From NCBI GenBank assembly GCA_965249135.1, contig OZ252220.1, positions 1,990,056 through 2,054,055 on the forward strand: a stretch of 64,000 bases of DNA, read 5' to 3'. Under the pieces are notes generated by a model that ran no database searches, was not told the DNA's origin, and saw nothing but the letters and a program-made list of their open reading frames with translations. Numbering within the stretch: the first letter of the stretch is position 1; each line of letters starts with the position of its first letter. The translations under genes and the position numbers were made by a program. This DNA is from Alphaproteobacteria bacterium. Its GTDB lineage: Bacteria; Pseudomonadota; Alphaproteobacteria; GCA-2746255. Below are positions 26,001 through 35,756 of the stretch, piece by piece.

Positions 26001-27975
26001 ACGTGGAGGCTGGGAATCCGTCAAACGCCACTTCCGTGAAATTGGTATTGATACCCAACAGACGGATTTTACCGTCGTCGGGGTGGGGGACATGTCCGGG
26101 GACGTCTTCGGTAATGGAATGTTGCTATCCGAGCACATTTGCCTCCTCGCCGCCTTCAATCACCTGCATATCTTCATCGACCCCGAGCCGGATGCGGCCA
26201 AGAGTTTTCAGGAACGCAAACGGCTTTTCGAAACGCCACGTACGACTTGGCTTGATTACGATGCGAAGTTGATCTCAAAGGGAGGCGGGGTCTTCGATCG
26301 CTCGGCGAAATCCATCAAGCTTTCCCCGGAGATCCAAAAGCGATTCGGGATTTCGTCCGCAAGTGTTACACCGAACGATTTGATTCTTAACCTTTTACGT
26401 GCGGAAGCGGACTTGCTTTGGTTTGGCGGCATCGGAACCTATGTGAAGGCGGCCAGCGAAAACAATCTCGATGCCGGCGATCGTGCAAACGATGCGCTTC
26501 GGGTAGATGGAAAAGACCTTCGCTGTAAAGTCGTGGGCGAAGGGGCAAATCTTGGCATTACACAATTGGGACGGATTGAGTATGCCTTGGCAGGAGGACG
26601 TCTTAATACCGACTCGATCGATAATTCCGCGGGCGTGAACTGTTCCGACCACGAAGTCAATATCAAGATTTTACTAAACGAAACCGTAGCAAGAAAAAAG
26701 CTTACGGAACGCCAGCGCAACAGTCTTTTGGCGCGCATGACGAGTGAGGTTTCCAACCTCGTGCTCCGAGACAACTACTTGCACACGCAGGCCATCACAT
26801 ACGTCGCTTCGCGGGCCGGGGACCTTCTTGATCGTCAGGCGGGGTTGATCCGGATGCTGGAACGTCAGGGAAGGCTTGATCGTGAGATCGAGTTTTTTCC
26901 AAATGATGAGTCGATTGAAGAGCGACTCATGGCACGGCAAGGCTTAACCCGGCCGGAAATCTCCGTTCTCATTTCCTACGCGAAGAATTGGGTCTACAGC
27001 GAACTTCTAAATTCGGATCTACCCGACGATCCCATTCTTGCTGCCGATCTCGAGCGCTATTTCCCGTCACCTCTTCAAAAAGATTATGGGCCCGAAATTG
27101 CAAACCATCGTCTCCGCCGCGAGATCATTGCAACGCAGGTCACGAATGGCATGGTAAACCGGATGAGTGGCGCCACCATTGCTCAATTGATCGAAAGCAC
27201 AGGCATACCGCTTGGCGACATTGCGCGCGCCTATCTTATTACGCGTCAGGTATTTGGCTTTCTCGATATGTGGGAGCATATCCAGAAGCTCGATAACAAA
27301 GTCGATGCAAGCATACAGACGGAAATGTTCTGTTATATCGGACGACTTACCGAACGGGGAACGCTCTGGTTCCTTCGAAACGGAAATCGGCCATTGACGA
27401 TTGCGGGGCATCTCGAAGAATTCGAGTCTGGCGTTGTTGAATTTGTTGGATCCCTTAGGGAAATTTTGCCTGAAGAGGATCTTGAGGCAGTCGAAAAGCG
27501 AAAGGCGCACTACGTTTCGGCGGGGGTTCCGAAAAAACTAGCAGGCCAAGTATCGGCCATGGATTTTCTTGCGTCGGCCTTTGATGTGGTGTTGGCGGCT
27601 CAGGATTCCGGTCATACCGTAAAAGAAATCGGTGAGCTTTACTTTAAAATAGGCGTCGCCTTTGGTCTTGATTGGCTACGCATCGAGGGACAACGGATCA
27701 TGCCGGAAAGCCACTGGCAGAAGGCGGCGATCGAGGCGATTCTGGATGATTTATTCGGCCAGCAGGCGGCGGTCACATGTCGGATTGTCCGTGCCGGAAA
27801 AGGGGTTCCGCGTCTCGATGGCGTACTCGATTCGTGGATGTCGGACCATAAACTCTCCGTAGAACGGACCCGCCAGCTTTTTAACGACATCCGTTCGGCA
27901 AGCGCGCTGCACAGCTTCGATCTTGCCATGCTGACGGTTGCAAACCGTCAGGTGCGATCGCTCATCCAGGAATAG
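23032..27975 (+). CDS. NAD-specific glutamate dehydrogenase, large (~1600 aa) bacterial GDH family
   Basis: 1647-aa single ORF; sequence and length recognised as the large NAD-GDH family (from memory). Confidence 0.85.
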   Translation: MALRDQSGSESFGMDAEWASLSKGNTPVLQGEEGMLEKTQQAQTTLIDSVVQAAAKKKEGGKNTSLGKFIRLYFSNVSPVDLAGCSIDELCCAALSVWRLGQERAPCEVRIRTFNPDRKKDGWESSHTIIEIINDDMPFLVDSLTMELNRHGLTVHHIIHPVFEVKRTKAGKLSRIDGLEDGGDKTTRESFMHIEIDQQTAPDFLKRLKEGLTSVLEDVRFSVEDWMPMRNQMNAIIDELNQKPPPLPAHKVAEGIAFLQWLLDNHFSFLGYREYSLVEEGGKEYVRPVSESGLGILRKMTPEAIAHSEQALRPAIQRFAHKKALLIVTKTNAQATVHRAAHMEYIGIRVFDADGNAVGEMRFHGLYTSTAYSRSPREIPILRDKVAATLERAGFLPASHSGKALLHILETYPRDELFQISKPELHRISTGILALQERRRVALFTRHDVFQRFVSCLVYLPRDIFDTELRERIQKALEESYKGEMTDYYTQVGDPALARLLFIIRSTPGKASKVNDADVEQRLIVIARSWEADLREVLIESSGEEKGLSLLRKYEKAFPPSYREHFDTGAAVGDIEKISNVLTTGELDLDLYRQEGEAGNQLRFKIYNPSVPVPLSDALPMLENMGLRVIGEVPFQITPKDAEPVFIHDFRMVTQDGSEISLEKVKENFEEAFQQVWCDHVEDDVFNRLVLIAGLTSREVVILRALHKFLRQIGIPFSLAYMGETLASNAHIARMIVELFAALFDPRNRKRAEVRTVKLRNEIEEALDKVPNLDQDRILRRFQNLVESTLRTNYFQRDAEGEPKTYVSFKFASQCIEGLPLPRPMYEIFVYSPRMEGVHLRGGPVARGGIRWSDRREDFRTEILGLIKAQMVKNAIIVPVGAKGGFVIKRPPTEGGREALMTEVVACYKTLIRGMLDITDNLKGDQAIHPLETLCKDGADPYLVVAADKGTATFSDTANELSQDYGFWLGDAFASGGSQGYDHKKMGITARGGWESVKRHFREIGIDTQQTDFTVVGVGDMSGDVFGNGMLLSEHICLLAAFNHLHIFIDPEPDAAKSFQERKRLFETPRTTWLDYDAKLISKGGGVFDRSAKSIKLSPEIQKRFGISSASVTPNDLILNLLRAEADLLWFGGIGTYVKAASENNLDAGDRANDALRVDGKDLRCKVVGEGANLGITQLGRIEYALAGGRLNTDSIDNSAGVNCSDHEVNIKILLNETVARKKLTERQRNSLLARMTSEVSNLVLRDNYLHTQAITYVASRAGDLLDRQAGLIRMLERQGRLDREIEFFPNDESIEERLMARQGLTRPEISVLISYAKNWVYSELLNSDLPDDPILAADLERYFPSPLQKDYGPEIANHRLRREIIATQVTNGMVNRMSGATIAQLIESTGIPLGDIARAYLITRQVFGFLDMWEHIQKLDNKVDASIQTEMFCYIGRLTERGTLWFLRNGNRPLTIAGHLEEFESGVVEFVGSLREILPEEDLEAVEKRKAHYVSAGVPKKLAGQVSAMDFLASAFDVVLAAQDSGHTVKEIGELYFKIGVAFGLDWLRIEGQRIMPESHWQKAAIEAILDDLFGQQAAVTCRIVRAGKGVPRLDGVLDSWMSDHKLSVERTRQLFNDIRSASALHSFDLAMLTVANRQVRSLIQE

Positions 27976-28000
27976 ACCGGATGGGGATGACCGTTCCTCT

Positions 28001-29617
28001 TTAATGATGGAAGTGGCGCATGCCGGTGAACATCATCGCAAGCCCCTTCTCGTCGGCTGCCGCAATCACCTCTGAATCGCGCTTTGAACCGCCCGGCTGA
28101 ATGACGGCGGTTGCTCCCGCCTCCGCCGCTGCAAGGAGGCCGTCGGCAAACGGAAAGAAAGCATCGGACGCAACGACGGAACCCTTGGCTAGGCTATCCG
28201 CCTCATTGGCTTGTTTCGCCGCCTCAGCCGCTTTGTGCGCGGCGATGCGGGAGGAATCGACGCGACTCATTTGGCCCGCGCCGATCCCAACGGTCGAAAG
28301 GTCCCTCGCATAGACGATGGCGTTGGATTTGACATGCTTGGCGACGGTAAAGGCAAAAAGGAGGTTGGCCACCTCGTCCTTTGTCGGTTCGCGCTTCGTT
28401 ACCACTTGGAGATCGCCATTGTGGATTTGGCCGTTATCACGGCTTTGCAGGAGGAATCCGCTCGCCAGGTCACGGAAGACGATCCCCGCCTCGCCCAGAT
28501 CCGGCATGCCGCCGGTGATCAGCACGCGTAGGTTCCTCTTCGCTCCCAGGATATTCCGTGCTGCCTCATCCAGGGCCGGCGCGATGACGACTTCTACAAA
28601 AAGCTTGGCGATTTCCTCCGCCGTCGCGACATCCAGGGGTCGGTTGACGGCGATAATTCCCCCGAACGCGCTTACCGGATCGCAGCGCAGGGCTTTCTCC
28701 CATGCAGTCCTCAGGTTTTTAGCTTCGGCAACCCCGCAGGGATTGGCATGTTTGATGATGGCGATGGCCGGCTCCTTGAACTCGGCAACCAGCTCAAAGG
28801 CGGCATCCGTGTCATTCAGGTTGTTGTAGCTGAGTTCTTTTCCCTGAATCTGTTTTGCCGTTGCTACGCCGGGACGGCTCGCACCATCGGTATAGAAGGC
28901 AGCCTTCTGATGCGGATTTTCACCGTAACGAAGCGTTTGCTGCAATTCCCCGGAAAAAGTGACCCGCCGCGGGAAGAAATCCGAAAGCACGCCCGCGAAC
29001 CAGTTGCCGATCACGGAATCATAGGCGGCGGTTCGTTGGTAGGCATTCGTGGCGAGGCGATAGCGTAATTCCAGTGTCGTAGCACCCTTTGTCTCCTTCA
29101 TTTCCGCCATTACCGCCTCATAGTCGATTGTGTCCACGACGACGGTGACGAAGGCATGGTTTTTTGATGCCGCACGTAGCAGTGCGGGTCCCCCGATGTC
29201 GATATTCTCGATGCAATCTTCGAAAGAGGCCCCTTTCGCAACCGTCGCCTCAAACGGGTAGAGATTGACGACCAAAAGGTCGATCGGCGCAATGCCGTGA
29301 TTCTTTATTGCCTCCACGTGGGACGGGTCATCGCGTCGCGCGAGAAGCCCACCATGTATGAGCGGGTGAAGGGTTTTTACCCGACCATCCAGGATTTCCG
29401 GAAAACCGGTGTGGTCCGACACCTCGGTGACAGGAATGCCGGCCTCCCGCAGCTTTTTTGCGGAGCCACCCGTAGAAAGAATCTCTACTCCGAAATCCGC
29501 AAGGAAACGGCCGAATTCCTCCAGCCTGGTCTTGTCGGAGACCGAAATCAGCGCCCGACGGATGGGGATGAGATGAGGATCAGACATGCAAGGGCTCAAT
29601 TCCGAAGTGATGGACAA
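28001..29617 (-). CDS. purH: bifunctional AICAR transformylase / IMP cyclohydrolase PurH
   Basis: MGS-like and AICARFT domains ([11 protein letters not shown]...; ...[12 protein letters not shown]...). Confidence 0.9.
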   Translation of the reverse strand: MSITSELSPCMSDPHLIPIRRALISVSDKTRLEEFGRFLADFGVEILSTGGSAKKLREAGIPVTEVSDHTGFPEILDGRVKTLHPLIHGGLLARRDDPSHVEAIKNHGIAPIDLLVVNLYPFEATVAKGASFEDCIENIDIGGPALLRAASKNHAFVTVVVDTIDYEAVMAEMKETKGATTLELRYRLATNAYQRTAAYDSVIGNWFAGVLSDFFPRRVTFSGELQQTLRYGENPHQKAAFYTDGASRPGVATAKQIQGKELSYNNLNDTDAAFELVAEFKEPAIAIIKHANPCGVAEAKNLRTAWEKALRCDPVSAFGGIIAVNRPLDVATAEEIAKLFVEVVIAPALDEAARNILGAKRNLRVLITGGMPDLGEAGIVFRDLASGFLLQSRDNGQIHNGDLQVVTKREPTKDEVANLLFAFTVAKHVKSNAIVYARDLSTVGIGAGQMSRVDSSRIAAHKAAEAAKQANEADSLAKGSVVASDAFFPFADGLLAAAEAGATAVIQPGGSKRDSEVIAAADEKGLAMMFTGMRHFHH

Positions 29618-29674
29618 TACGATGTTCGCTGGACGCGAGTGTGCATGACCGACTTCCGAACGGCAACCACTCGC

Positions 29675-31612
29675 TTAGGATATGGATTCGCGGCTAACGG
29701 GACTTGAAACCGGGGCCGGCGCTACCCCCTCAAACTCTGGAACGAGTTTGTCGAGAAGCTCCCTTACATCATCTGTTTTACGAGCTTGGCAAAGCTCGGA
29801 AAGCTCATCGAAGCCACGGGCAAGGATTGCGTGGTCGGCCGTGCGCGGCGCGGCAAGCAGGATGCCTTTGTAAGCCGTTTCTATCAGCTCCTCCGAGGCA
29901 TGGAAGAGTTCCTCGTTGAGCTTCTCGCCAGGACGAAGACCGGTAAATTCGATGTGAATGTCATCCCCGGGCTGAAGACCTGCCAGACGAATCATTTGTC
30001 GGGCCAAATCCTGAATGCGGATAGGTTCACCCATATCGAGAACGAAGATGCCGCCGTGTTCTTTCTCATGGGCGCCAAGAGCGGATGCTTGCAGCACGAG
30101 TTCGACTGCTTCTCGGACAGTCATGAAATAGCGGCTCACCTCCGGATGTGTGACGGTTAAAGGCCCGCCATGTCGCAGCTGATGCTGAAAAAGTGGTACG
30201 ACAGAGCCAGTCGAGCCAAGAACGTTGCCGAAACGAACGGTCAGGAACCGCGTGCCACTTCCACTCGTCGCGGAGGTCAGATCAAGCGATTGGCAATAGC
30301 TTTCCGCCAAGCGCTTCGTTGCCCCCATTACATTCGCCGGATTCACAGCCTTGTCGGTGGAAACCATAACCATGGCCGTTACGCCTGCCTTGCGGCAGGT
30401 ATCGGCCACGTTTCGGGTGCCAATGGCATTCGTTAGTACACCTTCAATCGGGTTTTTCTCGACCATCGGAACGTGTTTGAGGGCGGCCGCATGGAAAACG
30501 AGATCCGGAGTTTCGCGGGAAAAAACGATTGCGAGTCGTCCAAGATCCCGCACGTCACCGAGGAGCGTGCTTCGCGAGAGTTCAGCATGTCGGCGAATGA
30601 GTTCCTGATCGATCTGGTAGAGGTTGAATTCGGAGTTATCGAACAGGGTTAAATGCGATGGCGTGTAATCGGAGATTTGTCGAACGAGCTCGGCACCGAT
30701 CGTACCTCCTGCACCTGTCACCAAGACTCGCCGCCCGGCAATCAATTCTCGCATGACATCCCGATCCAATACTGTCTGCGGCCGGCCCAACAGGTCCTCG
30801 ATCGCAATGAGGCGGACCTCAAGGCCGTCACTATCCCCTCGGTGGAAATCCGTGATTTTTGGAATCCGCGACAGCGATATTCCAAGTTCATCGGCGATTT
30901 CAAGTAGTTCCCTTACTTTCGCGCCGTCCAGGTTCTGACGCGTCAGGATCAGGCGTTGAGGCCGCTCGCCCCTGCGTTCGAGCCGCTCGACAATATCGGG
31001 GAGCCTATCAGGGGTGCCCAAAACGGGGATGCCGCGAATATTTCGTCCGACCCGGCTACCCTTCTCATCGATGACGCCAATCACGCGGTAAGCGGCACCA
31101 GCCTCGTGATCGGTCGCGCGGATGAACATCTCCGTGCCTTCGCCAGTTCCGACCAGAAGAACGGGCACGCGCCGGTGTTGGTTTCGTTCCAACAGATAAT
31201 CGAACTTACGATCCTTGGTCAGCCGATAGAGAAAACGCGGTCCTCCAAGAAGTGCCATAAGCACAAACCAATTAATCACAAGGAGCGAGCGCGGCAATGC
31301 TTCAAGGCGTGTCACCATGAACATGAGAGGTGTGAAAATCAGGATCACAAGCGTTACAGCGCGTGTGATTGCAACAAGATCGTCAAGCGATGCATAGCGC
31401 CAGATGCCGCGATAAAGTCGCATCGACAAAAATATGCCGGCCGCCACGGCAGTGAAGATTGCCGTTCCCTCGAACAGGAAGTCTTGGGAATATTCGAATA
31501 GCTTATTGCCCAACCGAAGGTGGAGCGAAATCAAAAATGACAACGCCGCCATGACGATGTCGTGGGTGAAGGCGACCCAAGGATGACTAATGCGGCGGAA
31601 GAAATCAGCCAT
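29675..31612 (-). CDS. membrane-anchored nucleotide-sugar 4,6-dehydratase/epimerase (WbpM/CapD/PglF-like)
   Basis: N-terminal TM helices followed by a Rossmann fold (VLVTGAGGTIGAEL) and SDR catalytic region. Confidence 0.8.
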   Translation of the reverse strand: MADFFRRISHPWVAFTHDIVMAALSFLISLHLRLGNKLFEYSQDFLFEGTAIFTAVAAGIFLSMRLYRGIWRYASLDDLVAITRAVTLVILIFTPLMFMVTRLEALPRSLLVINWFVLMALLGGPRFLYRLTKDRKFDYLLERNQHRRVPVLLVGTGEGTEMFIRATDHEAGAAYRVIGVIDEKGSRVGRNIRGIPVLGTPDRLPDIVERLERRGERPQRLILTRQNLDGAKVRELLEIADELGISLSRIPKITDFHRGDSDGLEVRLIAIEDLLGRPQTVLDRDVMRELIAGRRVLVTGAGGTIGAELVRQISDYTPSHLTLFDNSEFNLYQIDQELIRRHAELSRSTLLGDVRDLGRLAIVFSRETPDLVFHAAALKHVPMVEKNPIEGVLTNAIGTRNVADTCRKAGVTAMVMVSTDKAVNPANVMGATKRLAESYCQSLDLTSATSGSGTRFLTVRFGNVLGSTGSVVPLFQHQLRHGGPLTVTHPEVSRYFMTVREAVELVLQASALGAHEKEHGGIFVLDMGEPIRIQDLARQMIRLAGLQPGDDIHIEFTGLRPGEKLNEELFHASEELIETAYKGILLAAPRTADHAILARGFDELSELCQARKTDDVRELLDKLVPEFEGVAPAPVSSPVSRESIS

Positions 31613-31689
31613 GTTACTCAGTATCTGACATATGGCTCACGGGCAGTATAACGGCCGGGGCCACACCGCGCATAGAGGCATTCCCCTGT

Positions 31690-32640
31690 TTATTTGGTCT
31701 TTCCTTGTGCTCGATACCAATGAACGGTTTTACGCAGGCCCGCATCAAGGGAATCCGGCGGCCACCAGCGAAGGGTATCGTGGATATGTGTGCTACTCAA
31801 TGTAAGGGAACCGAGAAGGCGACGCGCCAAATCCGTTTTCCCGACCAGCTTAAGCGCGAATTCCAGAAATACCGGGGAAACCGGTAGCATATAGACTCGT
31901 TTTCCCATTTTTTCAGAAATTCCGATAGCAAGCTCCGGTGTTGAAACATCCTCGCCGTCACTCACGAGAAAAGTTTCGCTGGCGGCTTTTGGATGTGTCA
32001 AACAACAGCAGATTGCACTCGCAAGATTATCAGCGCCGATCAAACTTCGCCGATTGTGAATTCCGCTGAATGGGAGTGGAAGGCCCAGTTCGCAGAGGCG
32101 TAATAACTTAAGCAAATTGCCTTTCACGCCTGGCCCATAAACGAGTGGGGGGCGCAGAATAACCAACTCCATCGACGTTTCGCTAACCATCTCTCTTAAT
32201 GCAATCTCTGCCTCCAATTTCGAAATGCCGTAGGGGTCTTTCGGTGCCGGGATATCTTCTTCCCGGTAAGGCTGCGGGCCTTCGCCATTGACCTTGATGC
32301 TGCTCAAAAAAACGAAGCGTTTGATTCCAGCCTTGATGGCTTGCTCGGAAAGACGGCGGCTGCCCTCGACGTTTACTCGGCGGTAGGTGGCCAGCGGGTC
32401 CACCGCTTCGTCTCGTAGGATGTGGACGCGTCCAGCAAGATGAACGACCGCATCCATTCCATCCAACGCCGATTCCCATGACGTTTCCGGACCGATGTCG
32501 GCGATTTTCCGGATCGGGATTGTCGGGTCAAGCGAGTGAGTGTCGCGCACGGCGGCAACGACGTCGTGTCCGTTCGCAATCAGGGCCGGGCAAAGCGCCT
32601 GTCCGACCAATCCATTCGCCCCGGTTACCAGGATGCGCAT
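31690..32640 (-). CDS. NAD-dependent epimerase/dehydratase family protein (start at MRILVTGANG; the listed ORF extends to 32667)
   Basis: Rossmann fold LVTGANGLVGQAL; TAATG overlap with the upstream transferase. Confidence 0.8.
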   Translation of the reverse strand: MRILVTGANGLVGQALCPALIANGHDVVAAVRDTHSLDPTIPIRKIADIGPETSWESALDGMDAVVHLAGRVHILRDEAVDPLATYRRVNVEGSRRLSEQAIKAGIKRFVFLSSIKVNGEGPQPYREEDIPAPKDPYGISKLEAEIALREMVSETSMELVILRPPLVYGPGVKGNLLKLLRLCELGLPLPFSGIHNRRSLIGADNLASAICCCLTHPKAASETFLVSDGEDVSTPELAIGISEKMGKRVYMLPVSPVFLEFALKLVGKTDLARRLLGSLTLSSTHIHDTLRWWPPDSLDAGLRKTVHWYRAQGKTK

Positions 32641-33644
32641 TATGCCTTCTCCCGAAAGGGATTCCATAGGATTCCGAGAACCATTCCAACCAAGAGGGTG
32701 GCGACGAAAAGAGAAAGCCAGGGCAAACCAGTCGAAGCCAGAACCGCAAGTCCGATAAGTCCTAAATTCGTCGCCAGGACAACATAGACAACGCTCGCAT
32801 GGCTAAGGCCGCGACGAATCGCCAGTTGATAGAAATGGCTGGCATGTGCTTCCCAGATTTGTTCTCCTGCAAACAAACGTCGAATCAGTGTCATTGTCGA
32901 ATCCGCCAGGTAGTAGAAGGGCAACACCAATGACTCGACCCAATGGCCACTCGCTGCTAGGGAAATTAAGAGCCAGCCAAGCAAAAAGCCGAGGGGGATA
33001 CTTCCCACATCGCCAAGAAAAATCTTGGCCGGCGGCCAGTTCCAAACTAAGAACCCAAGCGCCGCCGCTGCGATCGTGATCCCGTAATAGGAGAAGCTCG
33101 GCGCCAACCCGACGAGCAATGCGACCAGTGCCACGCCGAACCCGAGAGCCGCAGTCTCCACGCCGGCAATGCCGTCGATTCCATCCATAAAATTAAAGAG
33201 ATTGAGGAACCAGATCCAGAGAAGGCCTGCCGCAATTCGATCAAGCAATGGAGGCAGGATTCCTTGAAAAACCATAGCATCGCTTGGGAAGACAATAAGA
33301 ACGGTCGTGACAGCGATGCCCTGAAACAACAGACGGATCGTCGGAGATAATCCCTGAAGATCGTCGACCCAAGAAATCGTCGCCAAAAAGAAAGCTGCGC
33401 CGAGTAGGGTCCATCCCCCAACCGGGACGGACGGAACGAAATAGACGATGGCGCTCCACGCCAACAGCAGTACCGCGATCACACCCAACCCGCCACCGCG
33501 CGGTGTGGGTAGGGTGTGGCTGCTGCGCGGGTTTGGATGATCGAGAACGGCGTACCGATGAAGGAGGTGTCGAACGAAGCCCGTGCTTGCCCAGGCGGCA
33601 ATTAACGTCACGCCCCCGGCAAGAAAATACGTAAGCCATTCCAT
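32640..33644 (-). CDS. UDP-HexNAc:undecaprenyl-phosphate HexNAc-1-phosphate transferase (glycosyltransferase family 4, WbpL/WecA/MraY-like)
   Basis: Polytopic membrane protein with DDxxD-like motifs (NLFNFMDGIDGIAG). Confidence 0.8.
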   Translation of the reverse strand: MEWLTYFLAGGVTLIAAWASTGFVRHLLHRYAVLDHPNPRSSHTLPTPRGGGLGVIAVLLLAWSAIVYFVPSVPVGGWTLLGAAFFLATISWVDDLQGLSPTIRLLFQGIAVTTVLIVFPSDAMVFQGILPPLLDRIAAGLLWIWFLNLFNFMDGIDGIAGVETAALGFGVALVALLVGLAPSFSYYGITIAAAALGFLVWNWPPAKIFLGDVGSIPLGFLLGWLLISLAASGHWVESLVLPFYYLADSTMTLIRRLFAGEQIWEAHASHFYQLAIRRGLSHASVVYVVLATNLGLIGLAVLASTGLPWLSLFVATLLVGMVLGILWNPFREKA

Positions 33645-33716
33645 GATGCGGGTTATAGCCTGCTCACTCGGCTCTCTGCAAAAGCAAGTTCTATGGGTGT
33701 GAGGCTACCATTTTCC

Positions 33717-34943
33717 CTAGGAAGTACCCTTTGGTAAGGCTTCACCCTTCCCTTCCTCGCCGAGCCCCACCATTACGGCAGTGATTAGAAGCAGCAAAGC
33801 AAGCCACCAGGATTGCCATATGCCATAACCAGTAGTAGCAATGGCAATGCCCGTGACTAGTGCTCCGATGAAAACTGCATTCTGGAATGGATCCAGTCGT
33901 CTTCGTTGGATGATGACAAATAACCAAGTCATAAACAGGCCACCGATAACGGCTCCAAACAATCCAAGTTCCAGCCACCATTGTAGAATCGCGTTATGTG
34001 GATGGAGGGGCAAGATCTCGCCGCCACCTCCAACGTTCCAGACAATTTGCGCGCGGCCAGGCATGTCCCTGCCAGTGTCGAGCCCCCATCCCGTGAAAGG
34101 GCGCTCTTCGACGCGATCGGCTACGTATTGCCAAATGTAGAGCCGGTGAATTACCGAAGTTGGAATTTCAGGCACTGCTTCCCAAAGTACTTTTGGTTCG
34201 GGGAGGGCGCGCGGAATAAGCGGCGCCAGTGCAGTGCCGGCCATGGTTAAGCAAATAAATACGATAGCGGTCCGCTTCGGAGAATTTAGCGCAAAAACAA
34301 ATGCTATTAGACCAATACTGAAACCAACCAGCGATGAAGCATTTTCAAGTTGGATAAGAATGGCAAATAATAAGGCAAAAACCGTAACAATCATCCAAGG
34401 GCGGGGTTTTGGTCCGATCGATAATAGGATCGGCCATGCAAGTAGTGTGACAAGCGTAGTCCAGCGATTGAACTTCGTATATAGCGGGTATTGTTCGCCC
34501 CAAAGTGGATTGTCCCAGCGATAAATTGCTAGGTCTGTGAAGACCTCGATTGTCATGAATAGCGTTGCAACTGCAAATCCGGCTAGCAATGCTAGGCTAA
34601 TCGGGTGCCGTTCATGCGGCTCCAGTGCGCGCGCTCCTGCCAGCAACACAAGCCCACATGCAGCAATACCGATAAGTTCGAGCGCTTGAGTCACACTCCT
34701 TTCCGGTGCGACGGACCACAAGCTGCTTACCCCTCCCCAAGAAGCAAGAACGATAAAAAAAGCTGCAGCTATCCAAGAGATCTTCAATCGACCCGTTTTT
34801 CGGCAGAAAGAAAGAACGAGAATTAGCAATGTCATAAGAATTAGAAGTGGCATAAAAAATCCGGATAGATATACGCCGAGCGTTGGAATAAAAAATGCAC
34901 ATGTGGCCAGAAGGTGTCCGTTATGCAGTTCGCGAAGTCTCAC
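33717..34943 (-). CDS. O-antigen ligase / Wzy_C-family polymerase-like membrane protein
   Basis: Ten to twelve TM helices; a large periplasmic loop characteristic of the Wzy_C family. Confidence 0.7.
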   Translation of the reverse strand: MRLRELHNGHLLATCAFFIPTLGVYLSGFFMPLLILMTLLILVLSFCRKTGRLKISWIAAAFFIVLASWGGVSSLWSVAPERSVTQALELIGIAACGLVLLAGARALEPHERHPISLALLAGFAVATLFMTIEVFTDLAIYRWDNPLWGEQYPLYTKFNRWTTLVTLLAWPILLSIGPKPRPWMIVTVFALLFAILIQLENASSLVGFSIGLIAFVFALNSPKRTAIVFICLTMAGTALAPLIPRALPEPKVLWEAVPEIPTSVIHRLYIWQYVADRVEERPFTGWGLDTGRDMPGRAQIVWNVGGGGEILPLHPHNAILQWWLELGLFGAVIGGLFMTWLFVIIQRRRLDPFQNAVFIGALVTGIAIATTGYGIWQSWWLALLLLITAVMVGLGEEGKGEALPKGTS

Positions 34944-35740
34944 CGAAAATGTGCCCCTCGAGAAGGATGAAGAAAGAAGTAATCACGCCACGGCTCGTCT
35001 ATTACCGTGTCTACTCGCTTTGGTTTTCCGTCTTTTAGACAATAGGGCTCATAACCTCGAGATTCAAAGAAACCGAAAACCTCTTCTTTCGAAGCGTTGA
35101 AACTACCTTCAAGTGCGTGAGGGTGAATTTCAATGAGTGCATTTGGAAGATTACGGTCGATCATTCGTTCTCCGCCCCTAAGCACCTTGTATTCCGCCCC
35201 CTCTACGTCGCATCTTAGAAAGTCGATTTTCTCAATGCGATTTCGTTTGCAAAAAGCATCGAGGGTTACCGCTTGAGTCAGTTCCGTGACAACGTCTTCC
35301 ATCTGAATGTCAGGGAAAGAAGCGCGGCCTTCTTCTAAGGCGGCGACATGGCCGAAAGAATGGCCAAGACGGCCACTCGTCTTCACGGGCACAATAAGAT
35401 CAAGTTCGCCAATGTGGTCCATGAGGGCAACGTTAAAACAGCTTACGTTCCCAAGTCCATGAAACGCCATGGCGCGCTTTAAAATCTCAAAGCTGTAACT
35501 CGAGGGCTCAAAGCAGTAGACGTGGCCTCGCTCTGCGAGACGGGCCATCACCAATGTATGCCTTCCATCGCTGGCCCCAACGTGCAGACAGATGTCATCT
35601 GACTGAATGATATCTTTTAGATAGGCCACTTCGGGTTCGAATTTATAGTGGCGCAGATTTCTGGAGATGACGCGAGCTGTTGCCATCCAGGATCGCAGGG
35701 GTTTACCCATTATCGTCCAGATATCCTCATTCCGGAACAA
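34940..35740 (-). CDS. FkbM-family methyltransferase
   Basis: FkbM signature (DICLHVGASDGRHTLVMA...CFEP). Confidence 0.75.
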   Translation of the reverse strand: MFRNEDIWTIMGKPLRSWMATARVISRNLRHYKFEPEVAYLKDIIQSDDICLHVGASDGRHTLVMARLAERGHVYCFEPSSYSFEILKRAMAFHGLGNVSCFNVALMDHIGELDLIVPVKTSGRLGHSFGHVAALEEGRASFPDIQMEDVVTELTQAVTLDAFCKRNRIEKIDFLRCDVEGAEYKVLRGGERMIDRNLPNALIEIHPHALEGSFNASKEEVFGFFESRGYEPYCLKDGKPKRVDTVIDEPWRDYFFLHPSRGAHFR

Positions 35741-35756
35741 GAGGCACCGTCCAGTG